Under the pieces are notes generated by a model. The model had not been told where the DNA came from. It saw only the letters and a list, made by a program, of their open reading frames with translations, and did no database searches. From Archangium sp. (GTDB lineage: Bacteria; Myxococcota; Myxococcia; Myxococcales; Myxococcaceae), in assembly GCA_031367385.1 (NCBI GenBank), contig JANLPS010000055.1:1-64000 (forward strand): a DNA stretch of 64,000 nucleotides. The letters are read 5' to 3'. Shown piece after piece: positions 28,963-38,086 of the stretch. Position 1 is the first letter of the stretch. Each line of letters opens with the position of its first letter. The position numbers were made by a program, and so were the translations under genes.

Positions 28963-31535
28963 AGCGACTCGCATTCGGCGCCCTCTTCGCCCTCACCGCC
29001 TGCCAGAGCTTCACCGACATCGAGCAGAAGCGGCCCTACAGCTGTAACTGGCGCGACGCCGGCGTCGATGAGTGCCCCACCGGCTGGCGCTGCGGGTACG
29101 ACAACCGGTGCTTCAACCCCACCGTGCCGGTCGGCCTGAAGACCTGCAAATTCAACCAAGATTGTTTCGACGGGTTTCGCTGCAGCACCGAAAACGCCTG
29201 CTTCAACCCTGCCATCGAAACGGCGCGCGTCTGCCGCGAGACCGCCGACTGTGCCCCCAACTGGCGGTGCGGCATCAACAATGTCTGTCAAAACCAAGAC
29301 GCCGGCGCCGCCTACCCCTGCCGTGCCGACACCGACTGCGAACGCGGCTGGCGCTGCGACGTGCTCGCCAATGTCTGCGCCGACGTCGACGACACGCTCT
29401 TCGGAGAGGCCCGCCCGGTCTCGTTCACCCGCTTGCACCCGCTGCTCGAGAACGACGTGCCGGCGATGGTGGCGATGAGCTTCCCCTCCGATGGGTATGC
29501 CAACCGGCTGCGGTTGATCGCCGAAGTCTTCGATGGCGGCGTGCGCGTGAGCGGCAAAGACCGCGACGGCCGCGAGCTGCTCAAGTCACTCGCCTTGCCC
29601 GCGCCACTCGGCCAACTCGCAGACGTCATCGCGGTGGGAGACCGGGTCTTGCTCCGCGCCACGAACGGAGATCTCTACGGCGCTCAAGTCGGAGCCGACG
29701 CCGGCTTCGCCTTGCTCGCGACCCGCATCGACCGAATTCGCCAGGTCGACCCCGACCCGAGCAGCGGCCGCATCAACAATTTCTTCGACCCCGCGGTTCT
29801 CGCCATCAGCCAAAACCAGTACCACCGCTTCGACTTGAGCCTGATGCCCGACGACCTCGACGGGGGGCCCGATGCCAGCATCGATGGGCAGCTGCTCGAC
29901 GTGGCCGGCGCGCAAAACGAGGTCTTCGTGCTGAGCACCCGCGGCATCACCCACGCGCCCTCGAACCGCACCGTCGATGGGTGCCAGTCGGCCCTCTTTC
30001 CCCCTGAGTTGCGCACGCCCAGCGCCGATGGAGGCGTGCCCGATTGTTTCTTCAATGGCACCCCCGAACCGCTCGGCTCACTCGTGCGCCTCGACGCCGG
30101 CGTTCGCTTCGAATTGCTCGCGACCGTCAAGCAAGGTCAATTCGGGTACGCAGTCATCAGCCATTTCCCCGATGGGCGCACCTATGCGTCGGTCGGGTTT
30201 CAAGTCGCCAATGACTCCCGCATCGTCTCTGGGGGCGACGTGTGCCCCAAGGGCGGCACGCCGCTGCAGGTCAGCCTCGCGCTCGAGGTGGGTGCCATCA
30301 ACAAAACCGGTGCCAGCCTCGTCAGCCGCTGTGCCGCCACGGCCTTCGATGGCGGGTTCATACCCGCGGGCACCTGGTCGCAACGCGTCGACAACGGCAA
30401 GCCGAAGTTCGAGTTCATCGACGACGACGCGCTTCAATGGCAGCAGGGCGTTCGCGCGCAAACCACCACCAGCAACACCCGAGTTCACGCCGGCCGCAAC
30501 GGCACGCTCTGGTACGACGACTTTCTCGTCGGAGGCACGGCGCCCTGGGTGCTCGACCGAATTCCCGGCGCGGTGTTGCGGGCGGTCGAAGGCGATGGCA
30601 CCCCTTCGATCTTCGCGCTCACCGATCGCTACATCTACAAACCATCTCCGGGCATCGGGTTCTTGCAAGACAACGACAGCCTGCTCGCCGACTCGGCTGA
30701 CTTCGTGCCCGCCGGCGCGGTCTTGGGGCAACCCGCGTGGGAGATCACCCGATCTGGCGTCATCGACCTCGGCAACTTCGTGCTCAGCGACCACCCGCGC
30801 TTCGTCGTGCGGGTCAGCGCTGCCGACGCCCCCCTCGCTTCACCTGCGTCAGGCCAGCTGCAGACCCTGCCCGACGGCAGGCGCGTGCTCGTCGTCTACT
30901 CAGGAGACCGGCTGTTCTCGGCCGACGTGACCGAGGTCGAGAAGAACCCCTATCTGCCTCCAGTGGCTCTCGAGGTGCGGCTGGTGCCCTCGGCCGGAGT
31001 GCGCCTGCGCGGCCTCGCCATCGACGGTCAGCCTCGCCAACAGGCCGACGGCGGCGTGTTCAACATCGCGACTGGCTTCGTGCTCACCAACTCCGCGCTC
31101 TTCGCCTTCTCGGTCGTCACCCAGGCTCGCTGGAGCCTCATTCAAGTGCCGCTGCCGGAGCGCTTCGGCATCCCGCTCCAGCTGTGGTCTGAAAATGGCC
31201 GCGCCCGCCTCGCGTTCGATCGCGGCACCGTGATGACGCTGCCCGAGCGCGTGCCCATCACCAACGACTTGCCAAGCAACGGCTCGACCGTGAGCGACTT
31301 CGCCCGCCTCTGCGGCACCACCTACGCCATTCGGGCCGACGGGCTGTACCGCTCGATTCTCGGAGACGGCGGCAGCCGCTGGGCGCCCGTGACCTTGCCC
31401 GAAGTGCCCGACGACGAGCGCGACGGCGCCAGGTTCTTCGCCAGCGAAGGGTCGGTTTTTCTCGCCACCAAGACCGGCCGGCTGATTGAGCTGAGCCTCG
31501 CGAAGAACGACGCCGGAGTACCCGTCTGCCCGTAA
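28959..31535 (+). CDS. Large lipoprotein with N-terminal Cys-rich repeats and a beta-rich body
   Basis: MKR...LTAC lipobox and four 'C...DC..GWRC'-type repeats. ATGA overlap with the upstream gene. Confidence 0.82.
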   Translation: MKRLAFGALFALTACQSFTDIEQKRPYSCNWRDAGVDECPTGWRCGYDNRCFNPTVPVGLKTCKFNQDCFDGFRCSTENACFNPAIETARVCRETADCAPNWRCGINNVCQNQDAGAAYPCRADTDCERGWRCDVLANVCADVDDTLFGEARPVSFTRLHPLLENDVPAMVAMSFPSDGYANRLRLIAEVFDGGVRVSGKDRDGRELLKSLALPAPLGQLADVIAVGDRVLLRATNGDLYGAQVGADAGFALLATRIDRIRQVDPDPSSGRINNFFDPAVLAISQNQYHRFDLSLMPDDLDGGPDASIDGQLLDVAGAQNEVFVLSTRGITHAPSNRTVDGCQSALFPPELRTPSADGGVPDCFFNGTPEPLGSLVRLDAGVRFELLATVKQGQFGYAVISHFPDGRTYASVGFQVANDSRIVSGGDVCPKGGTPLQVSLALEVGAINKTGASLVSRCAATAFDGGFIPAGTWSQRVDNGKPKFEFIDDDALQWQQGVRAQTTTSNTRVHAGRNGTLWYDDFLVGGTAPWVLDRIPGAVLRAVEGDGTPSIFALTDRYIYKPSPGIGFLQDNDSLLADSADFVPAGAVLGQPAWEITRSGVIDLGNFVLSDHPRFVVRVSAADAPLASPASGQLQTLPDGRRVLVVYSGDRLFSADVTEVEKNPYLPPVALEVRLVPSAGVRLRGLAIDGQPRQQADGGVFNIATGFVLTNSALFAFSVVTQARWSLIQVPLPERFGIPLQLWSENGRARLAFDRGTVMTLPERVPITNDLPSNGSTVSDFARLCGTTYAIRADGLYRSILGDGGSRWAPVTLPEVPDDERDGARFFASEGSVFLATKTGRLIELSLAKNDAGVPVCP

Positions 31536-32498
31536 ATGCCGCAGCTGATTGACGATTTCAGCCCGGCGCGCGGTCTCTCCAACGGGCACGCGCAGACGGT
31601 CTTCGGCTCACTCTGGCCCAAGCGCGCCCTCGCGCTGAAGCGCCGCCGCTTCGAGACCCCCGATGGAGACTTCGTCGACGTCGACATGCTCGACGGAGCG
31701 CCCGGCACCCCCACCGTGCTGCTCTGCCACGGCCTGGAGGGCTCGTCGTCTTCGAAGGCCATCGTCGAGCTGCTGCGACACCTGGCAGCGCTCGAGTGGG
31801 GTGCGTGGGCGCTCAATTTTCGCAGCTGTTCCGGCGAGCCCAATCGGTTGGCCGCGTCGTACTCGTCGGGTGACACCCGAGACGTCACCTGGCTCGTGCC
31901 GCAGATGCCCACCCTGCGCGCCATCGTCGGCGTCTCGCTCGGCGGCAGCGTGGTGCTCAACGCGATGTCGCAGGGCCTCGAGGTCTCGGCCGCTGCGGCG
32001 ATCAGCGCGCCGTATCAGCTGCGGGTCTGCGCCCAGAGCCTCGACTCCGGCCGTGGCTTCTCACCCGTGTACCTGCGGCACTTCTTGCCCACCATGAAGG
32101 CCAAGGCCTTGGAAAAAGCCGCCCGCTTCCCCCGCGTGCTCGACGCCGGGCTGATTCGACGCGCTCGCACGCTGCGCGACTTCGACCAGGTGGTCACCGC
32201 GCCGGCCTTCGGGTTCGCCTCGGCAGAAGAATACTACGAGCGCTCTTCATCAGGCCCGAAGCTGAGTCGAATCAAGACGCCGACCCTGCTGCTCTCGGCC
32301 GAAGACGACCCGCTGGCACCCGCCGCGTTGCTGCCCGTCGACGTGCTCAACAACCCGGCGCTCCACGTGCTTCGAACCCAGCACGGAGGCCACGTCGGCT
32401 GGGTCGCGGGCTCGATTCGCAAGCCGCTCTTCTGGGCAGAGCACCGAGTCGTCAGGTGGTTGGCCCAGCACTTTCAGCAATTGGGTAAGAAGCGTTAA
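31536..32498 (+). CDS. YheT-family alpha/beta hydrolase
   Basis: NGHAQT, HGLEGSS, NFRSCSGE, nucleophile GVSLGG, DDP and GGHVG motifs. Confidence 0.92.
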   Translation: MPQLIDDFSPARGLSNGHAQTVFGSLWPKRALALKRRRFETPDGDFVDVDMLDGAPGTPTVLLCHGLEGSSSSKAIVELLRHLAALEWGAWALNFRSCSGEPNRLAASYSSGDTRDVTWLVPQMPTLRAIVGVSLGGSVVLNAMSQGLEVSAAAAISAPYQLRVCAQSLDSGRGFSPVYLRHFLPTMKAKALEKAARFPRVLDAGLIRRARTLRDFDQVVTAPAFGFASAEEYYERSSSGPKLSRIKTPTLLLSAEDDPLAPAALLPVDVLNNPALHVLRTQHGGHVGWVAGSIRKPLFWAEHRVVRWLAQHFQQLGKKR

Positions 32499-32504
32499 GC
32501 CACC

Positions 32505-32786
32505 ATGACCGTGCGAGTGCAGATACCCGGAGCGTTTCGCGTGCACACGGCCGGGCAGAAGACCGTGTCGGTCGAGGGGCTGACAGTCGGCGAGGTGCTG
32601 CAGGCCCTGGTCTCGGCCCACCCCTCGCTCAAACCCCAGCTCTACGCCCCGAGCGGCGATTTGCGCAGGTACATCAACGTGTTTCGCGGCGACGACGACA
32701 TTCGCGCGCTCGAGCACCTGGCCACCGCGGTTCACGACGGTCAGACGCTGGTCATCATCCCCGCCATCAGCGGTGGCAGCCAGTGA
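32505..32786 (+). CDS. MoaD/ThiS-family ubiquitin-like sulfur carrier
   Basis: 93 aa beta-grasp pattern ending IIPAISGG-SQ. Confidence 0.92.
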   Translation: MTVRVQIPGAFRVHTAGQKTVSVEGLTVGEVLQALVSAHPSLKPQLYAPSGDLRRYINVFRGDDDIRALEHLATAVHDGQTLVIIPAISGGSQ

Positions 32787-33919
32787 GCGGGTTTTCGAAA
32801 GACGAAGTTCGCCGCTACAGCCGCCACTTCATCTTGCCCGAGCTCGGCGCACGCGGGCAGAAGGCCATCAAAGCCAGCAAGGTGCTGTGTATCGGCGCGG
32901 GCGGGTTGGGCTCTCCAGCGGCGATGTACCTGGCGGCGGCGGGCGTCGGCACGCTGGGCCTGGTCGACTTCGATGTGGTTGACGTCAGCAACTTGCAGCG
33001 CCAGGTGCTCCACGCCACCTCTGATGTCGGCCGCCTCAAGCTCGACTCCGCGGTTGACCGACTGGCAGATCTCAACCCCGAGGTGCGCCTCGTTCGCCAC
33101 CCGGTTCGGCTCACGTCAACCAACGCGCTCGAGATCATCTCTGCCTACGACGTCGTGCTCGACGGCACCGACACCTACGCGACGCGCTACCTGATCAACG
33201 ACGCCTGCGTGCTCACCGGGGTGCCGAATGTCTCGGCCAGCGTCTTTCGCTTCGAGGGCCAGCTGTCGATCTACGGCACGAAAGAGGGCCCGTGTTACCG
33301 CTGCGTGTACCCCGAGCCACCTCCCCCGGGCCTGGTGCCCAGCTGCGGAGAAGGCGGCATTCTCGGCGTGGTGCCCGGCGTGGTCGGCACGCTGCAAGCC
33401 ACCGAGGTGCTCAAGCGCATCGCCACCATCGGCGAGCCGCTCATCGGCAAGTTGCTGCTCTTCGACGCGCTCGACATGCAGTTTCGCACGGTGACGATTC
33501 GCAAGAGCCCCAGCTGCCCGGTGTGCGGCCCGAAGCCCACCATCACCGCCCTGATCGACTACGACGCCTTCTGCGGAGTCTCGACGCCCGACCCGGCCTC
33601 AGTGCCCCAGCTCGACCCGCGCGAGCTGCACCGCCGGCGCTTGAGTGGAGAACCGTTTCACCTGCTCGATGTGAGAGAGCCCGGTGAACGCGAGGTGAAC
33701 CACCTCGACGGAGCGCTCACCATACCCCTCGGTGAATTGGCCACCCGCTACACCGAGCTGCCCATCGATGAGACCCTGGTCGTCTTCTGCAAAGTCGGGG
33801 AGCGCAGCGCGCAGGCGGTGGCCACCCTGCAGCGCTTCGGGTTCACCAAGCTCTTCAACCTGCGGGGCGGCATCGAGGCCTGGCTCGAAGAGGTCGACGA
33901 TGATCAACCGCGGTATTGA
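32783..33919 (+). CDS. moeB: MoeB/MoeZ-type E1-like adenylyltransferase with C-terminal rhodanese domain
   Basis: RYSRH, GAGGLGS, SNLQRQ, CYRC, CPVC and rhodanese DVRE...CKVGERS. Confidence 0.95.
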   Translation: MSGFSKDEVRRYSRHFILPELGARGQKAIKASKVLCIGAGGLGSPAAMYLAAAGVGTLGLVDFDVVDVSNLQRQVLHATSDVGRLKLDSAVDRLADLNPEVRLVRHPVRLTSTNALEIISAYDVVLDGTDTYATRYLINDACVLTGVPNVSASVFRFEGQLSIYGTKEGPCYRCVYPEPPPPGLVPSCGEGGILGVVPGVVGTLQATEVLKRIATIGEPLIGKLLLFDALDMQFRTVTIRKSPSCPVCGPKPTITALIDYDAFCGVSTPDPASVPQLDPRELHRRRLSGEPFHLLDVREPGEREVNHLDGALTIPLGELATRYTELPIDETLVVFCKVGERSAQAVATLQRFGFTKLFNLRGGIEAWLEEVDDDQPRY

Positions 33920-35002
33920 TCAGAGCGCGCTCGCCGGTACCCACTGCTCGTCGCCCTCCATCGATCGCACCTTGACCTGATCTCCCTTGCGCTCGAGCTC
34001 CTTGAGCTTGGTGCCCACCGCCATCGGAGCCGCGGCGCCAGGCGTCGCCACCGGGGCCTTCAACGCCTTGTTGTAGAGGCCATCGATGCGACCTTGATCT
34101 TTCTTGCGCTCCACCACGATGTTCGAGGTCATCTGCTGCGCTGCATACGCGCTGCTCAAGTCGCCCGCCTTCACATCGCCGCCGGTCCCCGCGCTCTCCA
34201 AGGCCTTCTTCGTCGACTCGCTGAGCACGGTGTCGCTCTTGATGTAGTCAGACCCCTTCTTGCCCTCGGCCACCGTGCGGGTCTGGTTTTGCTGCAGGTA
34301 GAAGTGGCTGGCGATGTGCAGCACCTGGCCGTCGCCGTAACGAAAGTGCACCGCGATCGGCGAGTCGCCGTACTTCGCCTTCATTTCACGGCTGGTGATC
34401 AACACGTCGACCTTCTCGGCGTTGAGCACGCGAATCGGGTAGCTCGAGCTCTCGAGCCACCACTTGGGGTCGGTCTTCGACAAGGTCAGGTGCTTGAGCA
34501 GGTTGTCATCGCGCTGAGCCACTTGCACCGCGACGACGTCATTGCCCGTCGGGCGCTGGTTGTACTCGACGAACCCGGGAAAAGCTTTTTGCACCACGTT
34601 CAGCAGCGCCCAGTCGGTCGTGTACAGGTACCCGCCGGCGTTCACGAACTTTCGCACCCGCTCGATGCCAGCCGCGTTGATGTCACCCGGGCAGTCGATG
34701 ATCAGCAGCTGCTTGGCGTTGAGCTTGAGGTGCGAGACCTGCGACGGCTCCACCACCGTGTGCTTGATCGACAGCGACTTGAGCACGTCTTCGACGCGGT
34801 CGTACGTGCCCGAGACCACCACGATGTCGGCCGATTCGACCTTGTCGAGCATCGCCGCGTCAGCGGGGCGCTCTTCGGCCATTCGGGTTCGAACCACCGT
34901 CGAGGCCGCTGCGTTCGCCTTCGACATGTTGGCGTCACCCAATTCACCGGCCTGAACGCTCAACGAGATCACCGCTACTGCCGCCAAGAAAATTTTTCGC
35001 AC
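33920..35002 (-). CDS. Secreted hypothetical protein, probable class I glutamine amidotransferase-like fold
   Basis: Signal peptide from GTG 35002. 'YDRVEDVL', 'IDCPG', 'FVNAGGYLYTTDWAL' and 'YGDGQVLHIASH'. Confidence 0.7.
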   Translation of the reverse strand: MRKIFLAAVAVISLSVQAGELGDANMSKANAAASTVVRTRMAEERPADAAMLDKVESADIVVVSGTYDRVEDVLKSLSIKHTVVEPSQVSHLKLNAKQLLIIDCPGDINAAGIERVRKFVNAGGYLYTTDWALLNVVQKAFPGFVEYNQRPTGNDVVAVQVAQRDDNLLKHLTLSKTDPKWWLESSSYPIRVLNAEKVDVLITSREMKAKYGDSPIAVHFRYGDGQVLHIASHFYLQQNQTRTVAEGKKGSDYIKSDTVLSESTKKALESAGTGGDVKAGDLSSAYAAQQMTSNIVVERKKDQGRIDGLYNKALKAPVATPGAAAPMAVGTKLKELERKGDQVKVRSMEGDEQWVPASAL

Positions 35003-35227
35003 GTGAAGCCTCCGTCGGCCTTGCACGGCCCAGCAATTCATTCGATTTATGGCCCCTCGAATTTTCGTGCCCGTGACACCAAATCTTCAATGATTGTGGT
35101 GTGTTCGGTCGATAGTGAGGTCACCGGGCGAGCGGCACCCACTCGCACTCAGAGATGACTTCAGCGGTCGATCTGGCTATCACCCAGCGGGTCTTTCGTT
35201 GCCCCCGGCCCTCAAGGAGAAGTACCG

Positions 35228-36169
35228 ATGCTCCGCTTTCGCGCAGACAGGAAAACCCTGGGAGTGCTCTGCACTTTTGCGGCCCTGTCGATTGGCGGTT
35301 GGTTGCTCGACCCACCCTTGGCCATCGCCGTCCCCTGGGTGATCGTGACCTGCGCCGTCTCCTGGCTCTGCGCGGTCGCGGCCCACAACACCGTGCACAG
35401 CCCCGTCTTCACCAAGCGGTGGATGAACCGAGTGTTTCAAGTGTGGCTGAGCCTGTCGTACGGGTTTCCCATCTCCGAGTACGTGCCGGGCCACAACCTC
35501 TCGCATCATCGCTATACCCAGCGACGCGAAGACGTCATGCGCACCACCAAAGTGCGCTTCGGCTCGAACCTGCTCAACTTCTTGCTGTTCTTCTTCTTCG
35601 TCGGCCCGGGCGTCACCGTCGGCAACTACCGCTACTCGAAGGTGATGAAGCAGCGCCTCCCACAGTGGAACCGCCAGCTCACCACCGAGATTTTCTTCGT
35701 CTGGGGCACCAAGGCCGTGCTGCTGTTGCTCGATTGGCGCAAGGCGTTGATGTTCGTGATCATTCCCCACTTCTTTGCGGTCTGGGGCATCACCACCGTC
35801 AATTACCTGCAGCACGACGGCTGTGATGAAGACCACCCGGTCAATCACTCGCGCAACTTCGTCGGCAGGTTCTTCAACTGGGTGACCCTCAACAACGGGT
35901 ACCACGGCATGCACCACATTCAGCCGGGGCTGCACTGGAGCCTGCTGCCCCAGGCCCACGCCGAACGCGTCAAACCCACCCTCGACCCACGGCTCGACGA
36001 GCCCTCGCTCGCGCTCTACATGTTTCGCGCCTTCATCTTCCCGGGCAAACGCCTGCGCTACGACGGTGCCCCGGTCGTCATCGCAAGCGAAGGGCCCGAC
36101 CACGATTGGGTCGCCGCGACCCGCGAAGTCGCCGCCAATGAGCTCGGTGCCGTTGGCAGCGGCAGCTAG
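35228..36169 (+). CDS. Membrane fatty acid desaturase family protein
   Basis: His boxes HNTVH, HNLSHH and HGMHH, plus TM segments. Confidence 0.93.
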   Translation: MLRFRADRKTLGVLCTFAALSIGGWLLDPPLAIAVPWVIVTCAVSWLCAVAAHNTVHSPVFTKRWMNRVFQVWLSLSYGFPISEYVPGHNLSHHRYTQRREDVMRTTKVRFGSNLLNFLLFFFFVGPGVTVGNYRYSKVMKQRLPQWNRQLTTEIFFVWGTKAVLLLLDWRKALMFVIIPHFFAVWGITTVNYLQHDGCDEDHPVNHSRNFVGRFFNWVTLNNGYHGMHHIQPGLHWSLLPQAHAERVKPTLDPRLDEPSLALYMFRAFIFPGKRLRYDGAPVVIASEGPDHDWVAATREVAANELGAVGSGS

Positions 36170-36274
36170 AGCACACATCGCCCTACCCCAGGGCCAGTGA
36201 CCCAAAGCGTGGAGGAAGACGCGACGCGGGCTGAGAGTTAGGGTTTTGAAGAGCCAGCGACAGCCGGGGGAGCG

Positions 36275-36832
36275 ATGCAACCAGCAGCCGGACACATCTT
36301 CGTTCGCACGCTCGCCGAAAAGGTGTTCGTTCGGGTCGAAGGGCGCGCAACCCACCTCCAGGCCGCTCCGTTTCAGACCTTCGCCCGTCAGATGATCAAC
36401 CGGGGCCACCAGGCCTTCGAGCTCGACTTAGGCCCCTGCAACTCGATGGACAGCACCTTTCTCGGCGTGCTGGTCGGCCTCTCGATGAAGCTCGAAAAAC
36501 TCGGTGGGCCCAAACCGGTCGTCTTTCGTGCCGGCGAGTGCACCCACGAGCTCTTCAAGACCCTTGGCGTCGAGCGCTTCTTCGAGCTCAACGACCCCCA
36601 CCACCCCGTCGTCGAGCCGGGTGAGCTCGACGAGCTCGCAGGCGCCTCGTGCAAGGCCGCCGACTGGGCTCCGACCATCATCGGCGCACATCAGTTGCTG
36701 TGCGAAGTCGATGATCGAAACGGCCCCCGGTTTCAAGACCTGCTCGAGTACCTCAAGCGTGACGCGGTCAAGTCGGCCTTGCGCGCCCCGCCCGACACCG
36801 AAGACTCGACGCCCTCCCGATGGAAACAGTGA
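36275..36832 (+). CDS. STAS-domain anti-sigma-factor antagonist
   Basis: 'LDLGPCNSMDSTFLGVL' with the phosphorylatable Ser. Confidence 0.9.
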   Translation: MQPAAGHIFVRTLAEKVFVRVEGRATHLQAAPFQTFARQMINRGHQAFELDLGPCNSMDSTFLGVLVGLSMKLEKLGGPKPVVFRAGECTHELFKTLGVERFFELNDPHHPVVEPGELDELAGASCKAADWAPTIIGAHQLLCEVDDRNGPRFQDLLEYLKRDAVKSALRAPPDTEDSTPSRWKQ

Positions 36833-38079
36833 CTGAGCCGCTGGTTCGAATCTTGTTGGTTGAAGATTCGAAAGAAGACGCCGATTTGTTGCGACGCTCG
36901 CTCCGCGGCGAGGAGTTCGAGATTACCCGCGTCGAGGCACTCGCTGAGGCCGAGACCAAGCTTCGCGCCGGGCAATATGAGGTCGTGCTCCTCGACTTGT
37001 CGCTGCCCGATGGCAATGGCTTCGAATCGTTCGCCAAGATTCGGCCGCTCGCCATCGATTCGGCCGTCATCGTGCTCACCGGCAACGACGACGAGGCGCT
37101 CGGGCTGAAGACGGTGCAAGCCGGCGCACAAGACTTTCTCGTCAAGGGCACCTTGAAGGGCGCGCACATGGCGCGCGCGATTCGCCATTCGCTCGAACGA
37201 AAACGCACCGAGACGATCGCGCAGCAGTACGCCCGTGAGCTGGCCGCCCGAAACGAAGAGATGCGCGAAGACCTGCAGTTGGCCCGCGAGGTTCAGCAGG
37301 CCTTCTTGCCGAGCCACTGCCCTCCATTTCCCGTCGGCAGCGCGACGCCGAGCCTTCACTTCATGCATCGCTACGTGCCCGCGGGCGCGGTCGGCGGAGA
37401 CTTCTTCGACGTCTTCCCGCTCTCTCCAGAAGTCGCCGGCGTGCTGATGTGCGACGTGATGGGGCACGGCGTGCGGGCCGCGCTGGTGACCGCGATGCTG
37501 CGCGCGCTGGTCAGCCCGCACCACCCGATGGCGCACGACCCGGGCTCGATGCTCGACGACCTCAACAAGCAGCTGCGCACCATTCTGAAGAGCAGCGACA
37601 ACGTGATGTTCGTCACCGCCGTCTACCTGGTGGTGAACGCCGTCACCGGTGAGGTGCGCTCGGCGAATGCGGGGCACCCCAAGCCCCTCTGCGTGCCGTT
37701 TGGCGGCAACGTTCGCACGCTCTGTGAAGGGCGAGCGGTCGGCCCACCTCTGGGCCTGGTCGAGGCGCCAGTGTACCAGACCGTCGTCAGCCAGCTGTCA
37801 GCCGGTGACCGGGTGTTTCTCTTCACCGACGGCCTCTACGAGATGGAGGGCTCCCAGGGCGGCTCGTTCGGTCAGACCCGGCTGCAGCAGGAGCTTCAGA
37901 CCTTTGGAGACCTGCAGGTCGAGCCGTTTCTCGATTCGCTGCTGGCCCGGCTGCGCACCTTCGCGAAAGATGGCGTCTTCACCGACGACGCCTGCATGCT
38001 CGCGATGGATTTTCGCCGCGCGCCCACCACTCCCATCGTGAGCCTGTCGAACCACGGTGGGCCTGTCGAACCACGGTGA
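36820..38079 (+). CDS. Response-regulator receiver plus PP2C (SpoIIE/RsbU-like) phosphatase
   Basis: REC motifs LLVED, DLSLPD and FLVK. SpoIIE motifs GGDFFD, DVMGHG, NAGH, FTDG and DDA. Confidence 0.95.
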   Translation: METVTEPLVRILLVEDSKEDADLLRRSLRGEEFEITRVEALAEAETKLRAGQYEVVLLDLSLPDGNGFESFAKIRPLAIDSAVIVLTGNDDEALGLKTVQAGAQDFLVKGTLKGAHMARAIRHSLERKRTETIAQQYARELAARNEEMREDLQLAREVQQAFLPSHCPPFPVGSATPSLHFMHRYVPAGAVGGDFFDVFPLSPEVAGVLMCDVMGHGVRAALVTAMLRALVSPHHPMAHDPGSMLDDLNKQLRTILKSSDNVMFVTAVYLVVNAVTGEVRSANAGHPKPLCVPFGGNVRTLCEGRAVGPPLGLVEAPVYQTVVSQLSAGDRVFLFTDGLYEMEGSQGGSFGQTRLQQELQTFGDLQVEPFLDSLLARLRTFAKDGVFTDDACMLAMDFRRAPTTPIVSLSNHGGPVEPR

Positions 38080-38081
38080 GC
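38038..38081 (+). repeat. 19-bp tandem repeat (GTGRGCCTGTCGAACCACG x2.3) at the 3' end of the phosphatase gene
   Basis: Copies at 38038-38056 and 38057-38075, with a partial copy at 38076-38081. Confidence 0.85.
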
Positions 38082-38086
38082 TCACC

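Noticed and set aside
31536..33919. E1 plus Ubl as a CBASS- or Bil-type antiphage conjugation system
   Set aside because: No E2, cyclase or JAB gene is adjacent, and the E1 carries a rhodanese domain typical of sulfur transfer.
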